Positions 9,516-21,318 of a stretch of DNA of 64,000 bases are shown in pieces. The notes under the pieces are model-generated. The model was not told the DNA's origin. It saw nothing but the letters and a program-made list of their open reading frames with translations, and ran no database searches. The DNA is from Trichosphaerium sp. ATCC 40318 (lineage: Eukaryota > Protista > Tubulinea). The translations under genes were made by a program, and so were the position numbers. The stretch is from positions 1 to 64,000 of the forward strand of contig JALMLS010000377.1 of assembly GCA_038496445.1 (NCBI GenBank). The letters run 5' to 3'. Each line of letters opens with the position of its first letter. The stretch's first letter is position 1.

Positions 9516-12474
9516 TTACACATGATGTACTCTGTTTTCTATATCTGGTCCTCCAATAAATGCTGTTTGATCATCATTTGTATTTTCCATTTCTCTAATA
9601 ATAGCATCTTCATCTACATCCATGTTGGAATTGTGCTTTAGAATATCACTTATTGTAGGTTGTTCTTCATATCCATCAATTGTGTATTGTTCTCTATGAA
9701 ACAAATTCCATAAATCATTCTCTGGTGGTGGAGTATAGACTGTATCTGTTCTACCTTTAGGTGGACGACTGGCAGGCTTAGGATACAATGTAGTGGGACT
9801 TGTTGTATCTAGTTGAAATTGGCGTGCAAGACTGTATATATCCCAAGCTTTGTTTGGTTTAAGTACTCGTTTGTTTACAACCATTTGTTTTGTATCTTCA
9901 TCAAATGTAGAATAAGTGCAAGGCAAGTTGCTGAAAAAAACCAATGGTGTATTTTTTGCTCTACTGTTGTGCATATCAAAGATATGTTTTTTTGCTCCTA
10001 TTGCTATTTCTGATGTAGCTACCATGTGCACCTTGCCATTGGTTCCTTTTAAAATCCTATGGGGAAAAAACATGTAAGTTATACACTTTAACAGAATGCA
10101 TACATTATTTCTGCCATTCCTCTTAAGTGTAGTGCTTTTTTATTGCCTTCAGTATCTTTACTTGGTGTTCTCCATCTTTTAATGAAAGGTTTGATATTTT
10201 TAAATTCAGGTTGTTTCATTTCTACTCCACTCACATTTTCAGGTGCATTATATAAATCATGTATGTGTTGCATAGTAGTAAGCTCCCTGTACATGAAGTT
10301 AATCTTTTTTAACAATACAATTGTATGTAAAAATATACCTTGTGGATGATGCTAGCCTGACAGTGGCAAAAGCACGATCATTAGGCAAAAATGTATGGCC
10401 AATTCGTAAATACCTCAAAGTTACAGATAGAAACATATTTCTATCAACAAGCTCGCAATAAAACTTTATCAGCTCCCAACATTTGTTTTGAGCTGTGCAA
10501 TTATCAGACCACATCACCAAGTGCCTTTTTTTATTCTTTATGGACATAAGATGCTTGTAAATCACAGAAATAGTTTGATGCGCCTTTTTTTCTCCTATAT
10601 ATTCAGACCAATAATAGATTGTAGTTTGTTTTGTGCTAGCATCATAGATGCCAAGTGGATTTATTGATAGTGACCTAAGCTCTCAAAATTAGTCTTATGA
10701 TTGTAACTTTATAATACTTTTTTGTACCTCAAATAAAATTGTATCTGTGGTTGGTCTTTAAACTTTGGCATGCTTGTCATTTGCATATAATCTATTGACA
10801 ACACTGTGGATGTGGCTCTTTTCCAAGTCTCATACAAATGCCAAGTATCATAGTAACGTGGATTAAAAAGGCCAATATTTTTTGTTGTGTGAAATGAAGG
10901 CTCACTTTCATATCCCTCCCAACTTACTAAATATCGAACATCTGTAATTTTACGCTTTTTTCTTCTTTTTCTTAGTGGAGGGGCCTTTCGTTTTTTAGTA
11001 TTACTTTGTGGTAAAATTGAGTGTTGATCAATCTCTGTTCTGGTGTGCACAGTCATACCCAATATGCCATTTATGAAATACTCTTTGTTTTCATCTTCTA
11101 TTGTACCATATTGCCAGCCTACTGGATTGTTATACCAATCTGCATGTCCATTTGTTTTAATTGCACTTTTCCAATAACTTTCTAACTCTATAATATCTTT
11201 CACATTTTGTTTCATATATAACAGTGCAGGTAGTTTTAATTTAGTTTGAGTTTCTTCATCAGTGTGTTTTAATTCTTCTCCCATATCAAAACGCATAAAT
11301 TCAGTACGTCTTGTTGCTATTGCATGGTGTATAAACTGTCGTTCTTTTAAAGCTTTTCTTTGTTGGATAGTTATTGTTCTGTCTGCATATTTGCATTTAT
11401 ACCAAAAACAAATGTTACATGCATCTTCTCGAGGTTTTTTGAATTTAAACACACCTTTTGTATATTCCATAAAATATCTACAATAAAAATAAACTTTACA
11501 ACAATCATCAATAAATACCTGTGAAATGTACTATATGAAAGTACATTATTGTTTGGATCAATGTTTGGATAATTTTCCATATCTTCTTCAGCAGGCATTG
11601 CTTTGTGCCAGTTATTTTCCTTGATTAAATTTTTGTACATAATTGTTTCAGTAAGACCTACTGAAAAATACCAGTATGTTTTATAATTTGCCAAAGCATA
11701 ATGACTTTTTTGTACTCTGTGTTTTTTTATGAAGGTATGTATTGTTTTTATCATAGTAGCACTTTTTCTAAATATTTTATAAGTTTAGACAACAAAAAAC
11801 AGAATGTTATATAGACGGATCGGTCCGATCCGTTAACGAAACATACAATATATTGTTATGACAAATATTTATTGTAAGCTTATAAGTGATGGATCGGTCC
11901 GATCCGTATACATAACAGATGATGCGTAGTTACTTCAATCAAACGAGTACCTATTTGATTTATTATTGTGATAGCCTCTTTTATCTTCAACAAATCCTAG
12001 TTTTTCTGTTCTAAACTTATTGATTGAATGCAATGGCCCATGACTTATGCCATATACACTTTTAAAAAAAGAACAACATACTTTTTGTTTAGTGCCATTT
12101 CCATAAAATATATAATAATTATTTGATGTTTTTCCCTCTTTTTGATATATCCCTCTGTTCAAAATACCAATTTTATCCTTATAACTACCAGCAAAGTAAT
12201 AAATAGCTTTTAAAGCATATAAGTAATCTTTGTCAAATTTGCTCCAACATTGTCCATTACATTTACATCTATGTATCTTTTTTTCCATGAATTTTTCCCA
12301 ATTTTCATCAGTACATTTTTCTGGTTTAATCACTTCTTTGAAATCTACACACAATGTTTCATTTTCTGCTTGTTTTGAAATTAATTGACTTTCATTGAAT
12401 ATTCCTGGATTTGTCCCCCACTCTTTAATGCTCTCAATAGCTTCTTCAGCTAAAGGAAAGTCTTTTAAATACAT
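9516..12474 (-). CDS. Gene C: Sola-like DDD cut-and-paste transposase with an internal chromodomain
   Basis: Spliced frame (introns about 11768-11950, 11478-11518, 10675-10727, 10304-10360, 10058-10103) gives KVCCSFFKSVYGIS, DKRGYH, KSHY, KFKKPREDACNIC, SIDYMQ, WSDNCTAQNK and YLRIGHTFLPNDRAF. I recall this motif series from Sola1-type transposases. No stops or frameshifts seen. Confidence 0.85.
11815..11908. repeat. B-type palindrome pair in transposase intron 1
   Basis: GGATCGGTCCGATCC starts at 11817 and 11891. Confidence 0.95.
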
Positions 12475-12687
12475 TTCAATGGTAAGATGCTGTCATGCTG
12501 GTTGTTGAAAAGTATGTTATTAAGTTTGACATTACTTAATTGCCTCAAATTTTCGAAAATACCAAAACAGTTTATATTGTGTTATACTAGTAATACATAT
12601 GCTCAAAAAAATTTTATTTCATTTTTACCCGAAAGTTTCTCAAATACGGTTGGTACATACTCCTAAACTCTAAATCCTAATTGGCTT

Positions 12688-12933
12688 CTAGGGTATAAAC
12701 CCTAATCATTATTTTAATCTATTAGGGCTAGGGTTTTGTGCTCTATTGAATCTTAAATTAGGGTTAGGGTTATAACCCTAATGATTAGACAGATTAGTTT
12801 GGATTAGGGCTAGGGTTAGGTTTACAACCCTAACTATTGTTAAAAGTTAGACGATGATTAGGGCTAGGGTTAGGGCAAGGTTCAGTAATCAGCAAACCCT
12901 AATTTACATTAGGGCTAGGGTTATGCTTTAGGG
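12688..12933. repeat. Interrupted telomere-like (T/C)TAGGG repeats mixed with inverted AACCCTA
   Basis: ATTAGGGCTAGGGTT-type blocks at ~12721, 12757, 12803, 12857 and 12908, alternating with AACCCTA(A) at ~12698, 12774, 12826 and 12895. Confidence 0.85.
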
Positions 12934-13250
12934 ATAGGAATAGTTCTGAGATATCTTGTACTATGTTTTTGAACCTTACTTTCTTTCATGTCTACTTAGA
13001 TATTTTTACTGTATTTATGTACTATTATTTCAACATTGATGATTGTACAATAAATGGTTTACATATTATCACTTTAACTAAATGTTTGTATTTCACTATG
13101 GTATACATTTATGTACTTTATCTATTACATGTTATGCAAACCACAGCGTTATGTACATATTAAATTTTACTATTTACTTGTATTTACACAGCATACACGA
13201 TACAAAACAGCCACCAATAAATATTAATTAAACATAGCACTTATGAGCTT

Positions 13251-16200
13251 TTAAACAAATGACACACTGAGTAATCTGCCTTGATTACTAATGGAAACGC
13301 TTGTTTGCCTTGATGCACGCAGTCTTTTTTTTGTTCTTCCATGACCTGGGAAACCAAGTGCCTGTACAGGACTGAGTATTTTTATAATAACCAACAACAA
13401 AAACCCATACCACAGGATTTCATAATCTGCTAGACTTATGTTATTCTCTTTGAAAAACGCAACAACTTTATGTTGCTCAGCAGTGCCGTTAGCCTTCGTA
13501 CATTATCAGAACAAGAACACCATTTGAAATTAAACAACTGCAAAGCTTACCTGTAGCGTGGATGTACCATTATACAAATTTTTGGACAATCCATGCACTG
13601 GCAGTGAGCTTTCAGACTTGACACGTGTAAATCTAATGCGCCTAGGCAAAGAACTACTTGGCATGTGTGAAAATTTGGTTGTAGGTTGTGGGCTACGGAA
13701 AGGTTGTGCAAGCTAAGTAACCATAAGTAAGCCAAGTAAACAAAAAAAAAAAAAAGAAGGGTGCCATGGTAAACGCACTAAAGTTTGTTGTAGGTGGCTA
13801 GTGGCAGAGTCACTGTAGTGTCCAGTATCTGAGGCATCGCTCCTATCACTCATTGTGCCATCGCTGCTTTCACTATCCACGTCATCTTCATAATTTTGCT
13901 CGATCAACACAGCATGGTAAAACAAGTAAACCACCATAGAGAATGCAAAAAGTGTTGTGTGTATAAATGCAAGAAATGTTTCGTCAGATTGCCAAAGACC
14001 TTTATAAGTAGTTACGACATTGTGCTCACTGTGCCAAACCCCGCTTTGCATACCTTTTCGCTTTTGAGCTAACACACAACACAGCGCCAATGGACCACTG
14101 CCTCCGTACTCTGGCGCAAAGAGTGTTCCATTATCCAGATTAAGAATGCTGCATAGTGATTGTATTCGCACAGAAGAGCTGGGTTCAGTATCGGAGGGAT
14201 AGCCAATAATTTTATACTTTGCTATCTCAAGTACTCTATTTAAACAAAAGACGATCACTAAAAGGCAAAGTAGTGGCAATATACACGCACGTGGGTTTGT
14301 ACTTTATCCACGGTACACACACCGAATTTCCGCTCACAAGAAGCGACAATCCACGCACAGCATCAATCACTTGCCTAGGTTACTGTAAACGCGACAGCCG
14401 CAACCCAAAAAGAAAAAAAAAAAAGATAAAGCGGTAAATCTGTCAGCGTACTGGTTTGGTTCACTGTCGTGCATAGCACCCTTCACTACAAGCACACGTC
14501 CTTTGAGCACAGTGTATAAAATATGTTTTGTAAAACTAGGAGGGTACTGTGCAAGTAGCGCCATCAAGCATGCCGCTTTACTTTTCCCATAAAGTGTCTC
14601 TTCTGCATCTGTACTTGCTGCTGATAACCCATCTTGAGTGAACAGGGAATCACATAAGGAACTTGGATGCTTGTTGTCCAAGAAATATCGCGGATTGGCA
14701 GCAAAATTCAAAAATGCAGAATGGTGCTCTACGCGAGTATTGAAGTTAATGACACCAACATCGCCCATTACCATCAAACTAGATCTGGGTACTGAACAGT
14801 TTCGTTAAGAAAACTTACGCCATCTACTGAAGAAAGAAAAAAAAAAAGCCGAGTGGGTTAAGAGGCAAAAAAGCAAGTTAGCAGTTAGGGTTAGGGGGCA
14901 GGATACTAAGTTGAATCCTATCCAACGTTAAGGCACGTAAATGATCAATGTGCTTAGAAAAATGCGTAGTGAGTTGCTCCAGCTGGCTCATCGCCAATTC
15001 CCAAGTATTATCACCCATCAGTTGTACTACTGAGCGTAATGTACGCTCATAAATACTGCGTTTTTGTAGTGAGTGAATAGGCCTCGGCTATTGGAAAGTT
15101 AAATGTAAACACCTAAGCATTGCCGACAGGTACAGAAAATAATTTAATTGAAAAAAAAAAAAATAATGATAATGTTCAAAGATAGCAAGCAGTACCTTGT
15201 AATGATTTAACTCAGGGAACATTTGAAACACTGTATATTTTATCTCTTGTAACTCTTCAGCAATGGTGCGTACTGATTTAGGGCGCCGAGATAATCGTTT
15301 GTGGTGGTGAAGATAATAAAGCACGAGCTTATATAGTTCAATGTAATCCCTTGCCTTTTCATTAAGTTGTTCTACCGTGACAACAGGCAGTTGTGTTGGA
15401 TTCTGAGATGGTGAACCACAAAAAGGACTGTGCGTTGACAGTGTCCCTTCATCATCAGATTGGTCAAGTTCGCCAAAGTGTTCCAAGCTATACTGCAAAT
15501 CCAACAGCGCTTTTACAATGTCTTTCGCAAAATGATCAAGGTTCGCCTTCTTAATAACATCAGATACCCATAAGAATGATTTGTTCATCGCCAGGTAAGT
15601 GTCCATGAGCTTGGTTTCGCTTCTAGTGACAAACGCAAATGCGACAGGTCGTACATAACCACGTGCTATTTTCAAAAAAAAAGCATTAATAATAAAAGGT
15701 GATTAACATTTCGAAAATAAAATTAATTCAAGAAATTTCGTGGCTGCCGCACGCCTACACGCATACACTGCTTGGCGCTCAGCCGAAAAATTATTCAAAT
15801 TCAAGTGGTGGCTCCTCGTAATCCCGACAAAAAAAAAAAGGGTGACGTGTACCTTGAACATCGTACAAGTTAATGTGGTGAGTATAAGTGTACGCCGTAA
15901 AGTCTAGACTGAGCGTTAGTCCACTTTATTTCCGGGTCCACAGAATTTAAATCAAAAATTGGCTTACTCTTTTGAGGAACGGCCATCACAGCACTCCAAT
16001 CCTTGCTGGGGATGGGGTCTTCAGGATTGGCATCAACCGACATAATTCTGAACAATGGTAAGGATGACACTTAGCTGTAGAAAAAGAGCCAAAAAAAAAA
16101 AAAAAAAAATAGGTACTTTAACGCAAATCGGTCTATGGGGAATGTACCCGCAGCATCCTTGTTTGGTATTACCTACTGCCACAATTAACATTTAAAAAAA

Positions 16201-16379
16201 AAAAAAAAGGTGTTACACGTAACACACAAACAAACACAAAGCAAACGCACTCGCTGTACCACGGGGCCCTCTATTTCTGAAAATTCCGCTACAATCAAGA
16301 AGTCTGCTTCAAATTGGTCGGTTTTCTTCGCTCCCTCGACTGGCTTGGGCGGCAATCGGTTGGGACCATATTGCGCCAT
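13251..16379 (-). CDS. SMCR8: SMCR8-like longin/DENN (folliculin-family) protein
   Basis: DFLIVAEFSEIEGP, IMSVD and HLTLYDVQARGYVRPVAFAFVT match the SMCR8 N-terminal longin region; multi-exon. Confidence 0.8.
14792..14906 (-). other. U12-type GT-AG intron in SMCR8
   Basis: Donor GTATCCTG; branch TTCTTAAC about 12 nt before the AG. This splice restores the frame (RIQL-I-PRSSL). Confidence 0.7.
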
Positions 16380-16502
16380 TGAAAATCTCGCTTGTTCAAC
16401 TCGACATTTTGCGCAAAGATAAAAAAAAAAGAGGCAGAAAAAAAAAAAGGTCAAACGCCAGTCATTTTAGAACGAAAACAAAATTATTGTTACTCAAACC
16501 AA

Positions 16503-17713
16503 ATGACATCGAAGAGTACGTTTTTGATACTAAATAACGGTAAACGTTCGAATTAATCCCCTTTGTAGACATCGTATGGTTTAACGGCCCCGCAGCCGAA
16601 GAACATGAATTTCTAGAGCATTTGCAGTCCGCAACGAGCCTCGAAACGATACAAATAATGGTATTAGAGATTAATTAGATTTTTTTTATTTTTTGCATTT
16701 TGTTGAATATTTGTTTTACGCGTAGGCGAGAGCACGTCAAGACAAATTAAAGGGCAGAAACGAATTCGACTACAGCAGGTGCATTGCTACCTGTCTCGGT
16801 GTAGGCTTCGGAATTGGTCTGGGACTATTTTTGTTTACTTCATCGCTTTGGGATCTCGGTTTATACTTGATGGCGCTCTGTTACTTCCATAGCTGGGAGT
16901 ACTTCTACGTAGCAGTTTTCCACCCAACAGAATTGGATGCCGATTGTACGCTATTCTTTTTTTTTTGTTGCTTTTCTTTGTTTGTACTCAGTTGATGCTC
17001 TACGCGCGTAGTGTACCATTTTGATTTGTCTTTCACTCTTCCTTCTGAAATTAGTTGTTTTTGATAAAGCGTCACAACCCTCATCAATCTTTAGCGTTCC
17101 TACTAAACCACAGTAAAGAGTACAGTATCGCTATGGGAGCGTCGTTTGTCGAGTACTTCCTTGAGTGGTTGCTATTCCCTTGGCTAAAAACAAATTGGTT
17201 TTTCGGCTTTGTAGGCGCTGTAATGGTACGACTTTTCATCAAGCCATGCGTGTTTTAGTTACCAGCAGTAAATAGTACTTATTAGCCACTAGGTCATCGC
17301 TGGCCTAGCAATTCGTTCAATGGCTATGTGGAAGGCAGGCAGCAATTTCCACCACCAAGTTCGTGAGACGAAGGAAACCAACCACAAACTCGTCGCTGAT
17401 GGCATATACAGGTACAAAGCCCTCGGTCTCTTTTTTTTTTTTTTTTTTTTTGTTTTGTTTGTCTTCTTGTTCTTCTAACATCACTTTTAATAGTGTTTTA
17501 CGCCATCCATCGTACTTTGGTTGGTTTTGGTTCTCTGTTGGCACTCAAATTATGATAATGAATCCACTTATATTTGGCCCTTGGGTTTACTTTGCTTGGC
17601 AATTCTTTGCTGACCGCATTCCATTCGAAGAGAAAAACCTAATCAAGATCTTTGGGAAAGACTACGAAGAGTACCGCCAGCGTGTACCAGTTGGCATCCC
17701 AATGATCTCTTAA
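16503..17713 (+). CDS. ICMT: Isoprenylcysteine carboxyl methyltransferase (Ste14/ICMT)
   Basis: FLLNHSKEY, RHPSYFGWF, NPL and FFADRIPFEE motifs; multi-exon; start approximate. Confidence 0.9.
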
Positions 17714-18238
17714 ACTTGCAACGAGTTGCCACCTGTAGACAATAAATCTAAGCATTCAAATACCTAACACAACTACAGTTGCTACGAGGCACATACAAAG
17801 GCGATCGCAAATAAACAGAGTGGTAACGAGTTGTGAACACCGTACTAATAATAATTCTACAAAAGCTTGAACCCAGCTCCAATACTATACATGCCTACCC
17901 ATACAATAGAAACTGTGTTGTAATGCGGGTAAGCTTGTTATCGGATCCTGTGACGCACGTGAAGCTCAATTTTAAAGTGTAGCAATTTGTTTTTGGTGCT
18001 TGGTCTTAATGTACGTGATTCCATTAGTGATCTATAAGCCTGTTTGATTGTCAGTTAAAAAAAATCAAACCGTAAACGTTTTTTTACCCGTTTTTTTTTT
18101 CTTAACTAACACAAAACGACTACTATGTATCTAAAACGCTAATTTACATATTATACAGCGAGGTATTTTTACAAATGTACATTTTTGCTTTGACAGACAA
18201 AACAAAAAAAAAAAAGGTTGTCGGCCTGTTTTTTTTTC

Positions 18239-18487
18239 TTACAGGGCCATTTCTGCTAGCATCTGCGCCATGACCGTCGTCATGGTTCCATAAGGGTTTA
18301 TCGAATCTTTAAAAGGAGATGAAAAGGTCAGGTCTTGTTTCGTAGTGGCAGAGTGTAGCTCCATCAGTGCGGACGTCGTATTCAATGGCGTACGAGGGCA
18401 AGGGCGATGTCGTTGGGTTTTTCGAGAAGTAGGTACGATTGTGTCGTTGGTGCGTAGTTCTGATGATTTAGACCGTCTTCTGGGCAT
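18239..18487 (-). CDS. Small basic hypothetical protein (82 aa)
   Basis: ATG-initiated single ORF in an otherwise intergenic gap; no recognisable domain. Confidence 0.4.
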   Translation of the reverse strand: MPRRRSKSSELRTNDTIVPTSRKTQRHRPCPRTPLNTTSALMELHSATTKQDLTFSSPFKDSINPYGTMTTVMAQMLAEMAL

Positions 18488-18921
18488 TTTGTTCTTTTGG
18501 ATAGAATTGCAGTTGGTTTCTTTATTTGTTTTGTGACTAACTTTTCTACCGAACTGTTAGTACGCGTAGCGTAACGTTAAGCAAATTTTTTTGTCGTACG
18601 TGTTGAATTACTCGTTCAACTTTTGTTTTGTTTTGTTCGGTTTGGTCTGACTGACTAAATAGTATTTTGCAACGAAAACCCCGAGTTAAGGCAACTCACA
18701 CGCCACTACAGGGAAGACCGATAGCGTTTTTGACAACTACAAGTTCTGTTTGTGTTTTTTCCTGTTTTGGTTCTTAAAAAATGTCGCTAGCAAGTTTGCT
18801 ACAATGGCGCCATGGAGTGTACTTTCGCTTTCGTTTTTTTAATTCTACAATGATGGTACGTTTTGTTTGGTTTTTTTTTTTGATTGTTTGTTTACAACAA
18901 CCGCTTTTTCAACTCCCACGC

Positions 18922-20305
18922 TTAGGCATACGCGCTCTTGGTAGCCTTGACTGCTGGTTGCCGGTTTTGTCTCTTTCGTTCTTTTTCTTCATCCTTTGTC
19001 TTTCTCCTCTGTGTCAGTTTCTCAGCTATAATCGCGTTCTCATCGACGCCAGGTACAATTGGTCCAAAAACATCCCATCGCGTTACTCTTTCTGCATGAG
19101 ATCGCTGTGTCAACACGTTTGTTTTGGCGTGCTTAGGTCTCTTCAATACGACACTTGTTACTTCGCGTGCGGTTTTGAGAAGCGTTGCCGTGTCTTTATC
19201 CAGATCGACTTCATCTTCATCGCGTCCGTACGTAGTGAGTAAACTAGTGGGATTAGCCACCAAAACAACAACAAAAAAAAAACGGTTGGGCAATTTTCAT
19301 TTTGCATTTAATACCTTGCTATGGTCATTGTTTTGCGTGGCTCTCCCTTCCGTCGCGGCCTTGATGGATACATGGGGTCCAAATAAATTATATCTGGCTT
19401 CTTTTGCAGAGACCTTATGTACGGCACTGCATCAGCATGTGTTACAGACATACGTCCAATGGTTTGTACAAGATCTGGGTGTTCTTTGCATCTCTCATGA
19501 GCAAACTGCAATTGAAGAATAAAACGTTAACCATGCTCTATCGAAATGATGACTGCGTACTCGTTGCAAAATATACATGACAGGATTTCGCTCTAGCACA
19601 TCAACTTTTGTGCCAAACATAGCGATTGTGAATGCATCAATGCCAAGCCCACCAGTGCCATCCAAAACGTGCAAGTTTGCTAATTTCTTATCTTTTACTT
19701 GCAGAGCACGCAAAAAAGGAGACTTTTTAGAAAAACTTCCGAGCCTAGCAGAGTGTAAGTTGCCAATGCATTGTACAATAAAACGCACTAAGTGCATCAT
19801 GTTTTTTTACCTGTCATTATATAGTTTTGTGAGATCATGAGTGAGCGCCATTTGTTGATGTTCAACAATGTCGGGATTGCCTGATAAAAATTGTAAAAAA
19901 AAAAAAAGATTGGTCGACAAAATGAAACAAAACTAATCGTGTTCGTACCAAGGAATGTTAGGCACAAGTCAGGGGCTGTCACTAGCGCAAACAGACACCC
20001 AGAATTTTTGCAGTCTTCCTCGTTTTTAAAGAATCTTAGCCCTGAGTCATCTGCGAGCTTCCTTTTTTTTTGCAACAAAATTAGTGACAAGTGTCATCAT
20101 TTTGGCAAGCGCGTACTTGGCCATATCCAAGTATGGTTGCTCACCATATTTACCAGGTATAATGCCAGTCACGCGCTTATCTTCTTTAGTTACGAGGGTT
20201 TTATCTATGCCTGGAACTTCGAGCACTTCCGGTAGTTTGTAGTCCTTCGCGCGAATTCTTTTGGTCTTAGGGCTTACAAACCTAAATGTAGATTCCTACA
20301 AGCAT
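18922..20305 (-). CDS. RsmJ (YhiQ)-like SAM-dependent methyltransferase
   Basis: VLDGTGGLGIDAF, VLERNP, DIIYLDPMYP, VLKRP and TRWDVF resemble the bacterial 16S m2G1516 methyltransferase family; intron-containing. Confidence 0.8.
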
Positions 20306-20717
20306 TTTAACGCGTAGGAGCGCAATATTTGGCTTTTTTTGTGCCCGTGGGATGCAACGCGAAATAATTTCCTTTAACAAAAGCTAAATTATGGTGGTGG
20401 AACCGTACTGTGAGCGTGTTGGCGTTTTGCCCCTTTGTGACGCGTAATGTGTGCACAGTTCGTTCGCCGTCATTTCTGTACAAATCTTTTGGTTTTGCAG
20501 TGTGTCGGAGTCGACAAAACTGTATTGGTGTACATTTATTAGTATAACGCACAGAACGTTTCAGCGTGAGCTCACACGCTAACATATAACGTAAAGAGCA
20601 CGTGAAGTGGGGAAGCTGATGCTGTGGCAGATAAAAACAAGCTAAGTATTTTGTTTTCAAAGTTTTTCTTTTATTTGCGTTTGCCTCCATCTGAGAGCAT
20701 ACACAACGCCACAACGA

Positions 20718-21115
20718 ATGACGTCAGCCCGTGAGTACTTCTTCAAGGACGACGTAGTAGAAAAAGGCGTGCCAATAAAAGAAGACGACTTTTGGGAACT
20801 CATACGCGAAGTGAAGAGAATACAAGCCAAAGGGAGCAAACAATGGGTTCGAGATGAATGTTTGGCTGCTAAAGCGCTGTTAAAGCAGTGTATAAGCGAA
20901 AGGGGCGTACTGCGGTGTATGGGCGAAACAGAGAACCTATTTGATTGTTCTCACGTTAAAAATGTACGCGTCTTTTTTTTTTTGTAATTTGATTTTCCGT
21001 GTCGTGCAAGTATTAATGAATTGCTACTTAGGCAGAATACGAGTACCTACAACACGAGTGGATGCAAAGACAACTCAGTATATTTGAGGAAACTCGCATT
21101 GCTCAAGATGATTGA
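20718..21115 (+). CDS. Twin CX9C mitochondrial intermembrane-space protein (CMC-like)
   Basis: CLAAKALLKQC and CMGETENLFDC; one intron at about 20964-21031. Confidence 0.7.
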
Positions 21116-21318
21116 CACGGCCACCATCTCTCACTGTATTTCTAAATGTACCATGTGCTTTTTTTTTGTAGTCCATACCTGCTGTCATTAAAATCTACAT
21201 GGTATCCAACAAATCTATTATTTTTTTTTTTGGCTATGCACCTATGGAGTAGCTTGTTTTTTACAACTACAACTATTTTATTTTCTACTATGTACATTTT
21301 TTTTTCAAAACTGTTTGG

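Larger units (their letters stand above)
4940..12935. mobile_element. Putative two-gene DNA transposon (gene B plus Sola-like transposase C); termini not defined
   Basis: Convergent genes B and C (stops 66 bp apart) share the same intronic palindrome and an AT-rich, CpG-poor composition. C is a DDD transposase. AACCCTA/TAGGG motifs occur at both flanks. No clean TIR or TSD was found, so the boundaries are approximate. Confidence 0.6.

Noticed and set aside
5100-13200. Terminal inverted repeats at ~5100-5160 and ~12960-13200
   Set aside because: Only loose, gapped AT-rich similarity and no TSD; not supportable.
14884-14898. GTTAGGGTTAGGG as a telomere remnant
   Set aside because: Only two units, inside an intron; too short to interpret.
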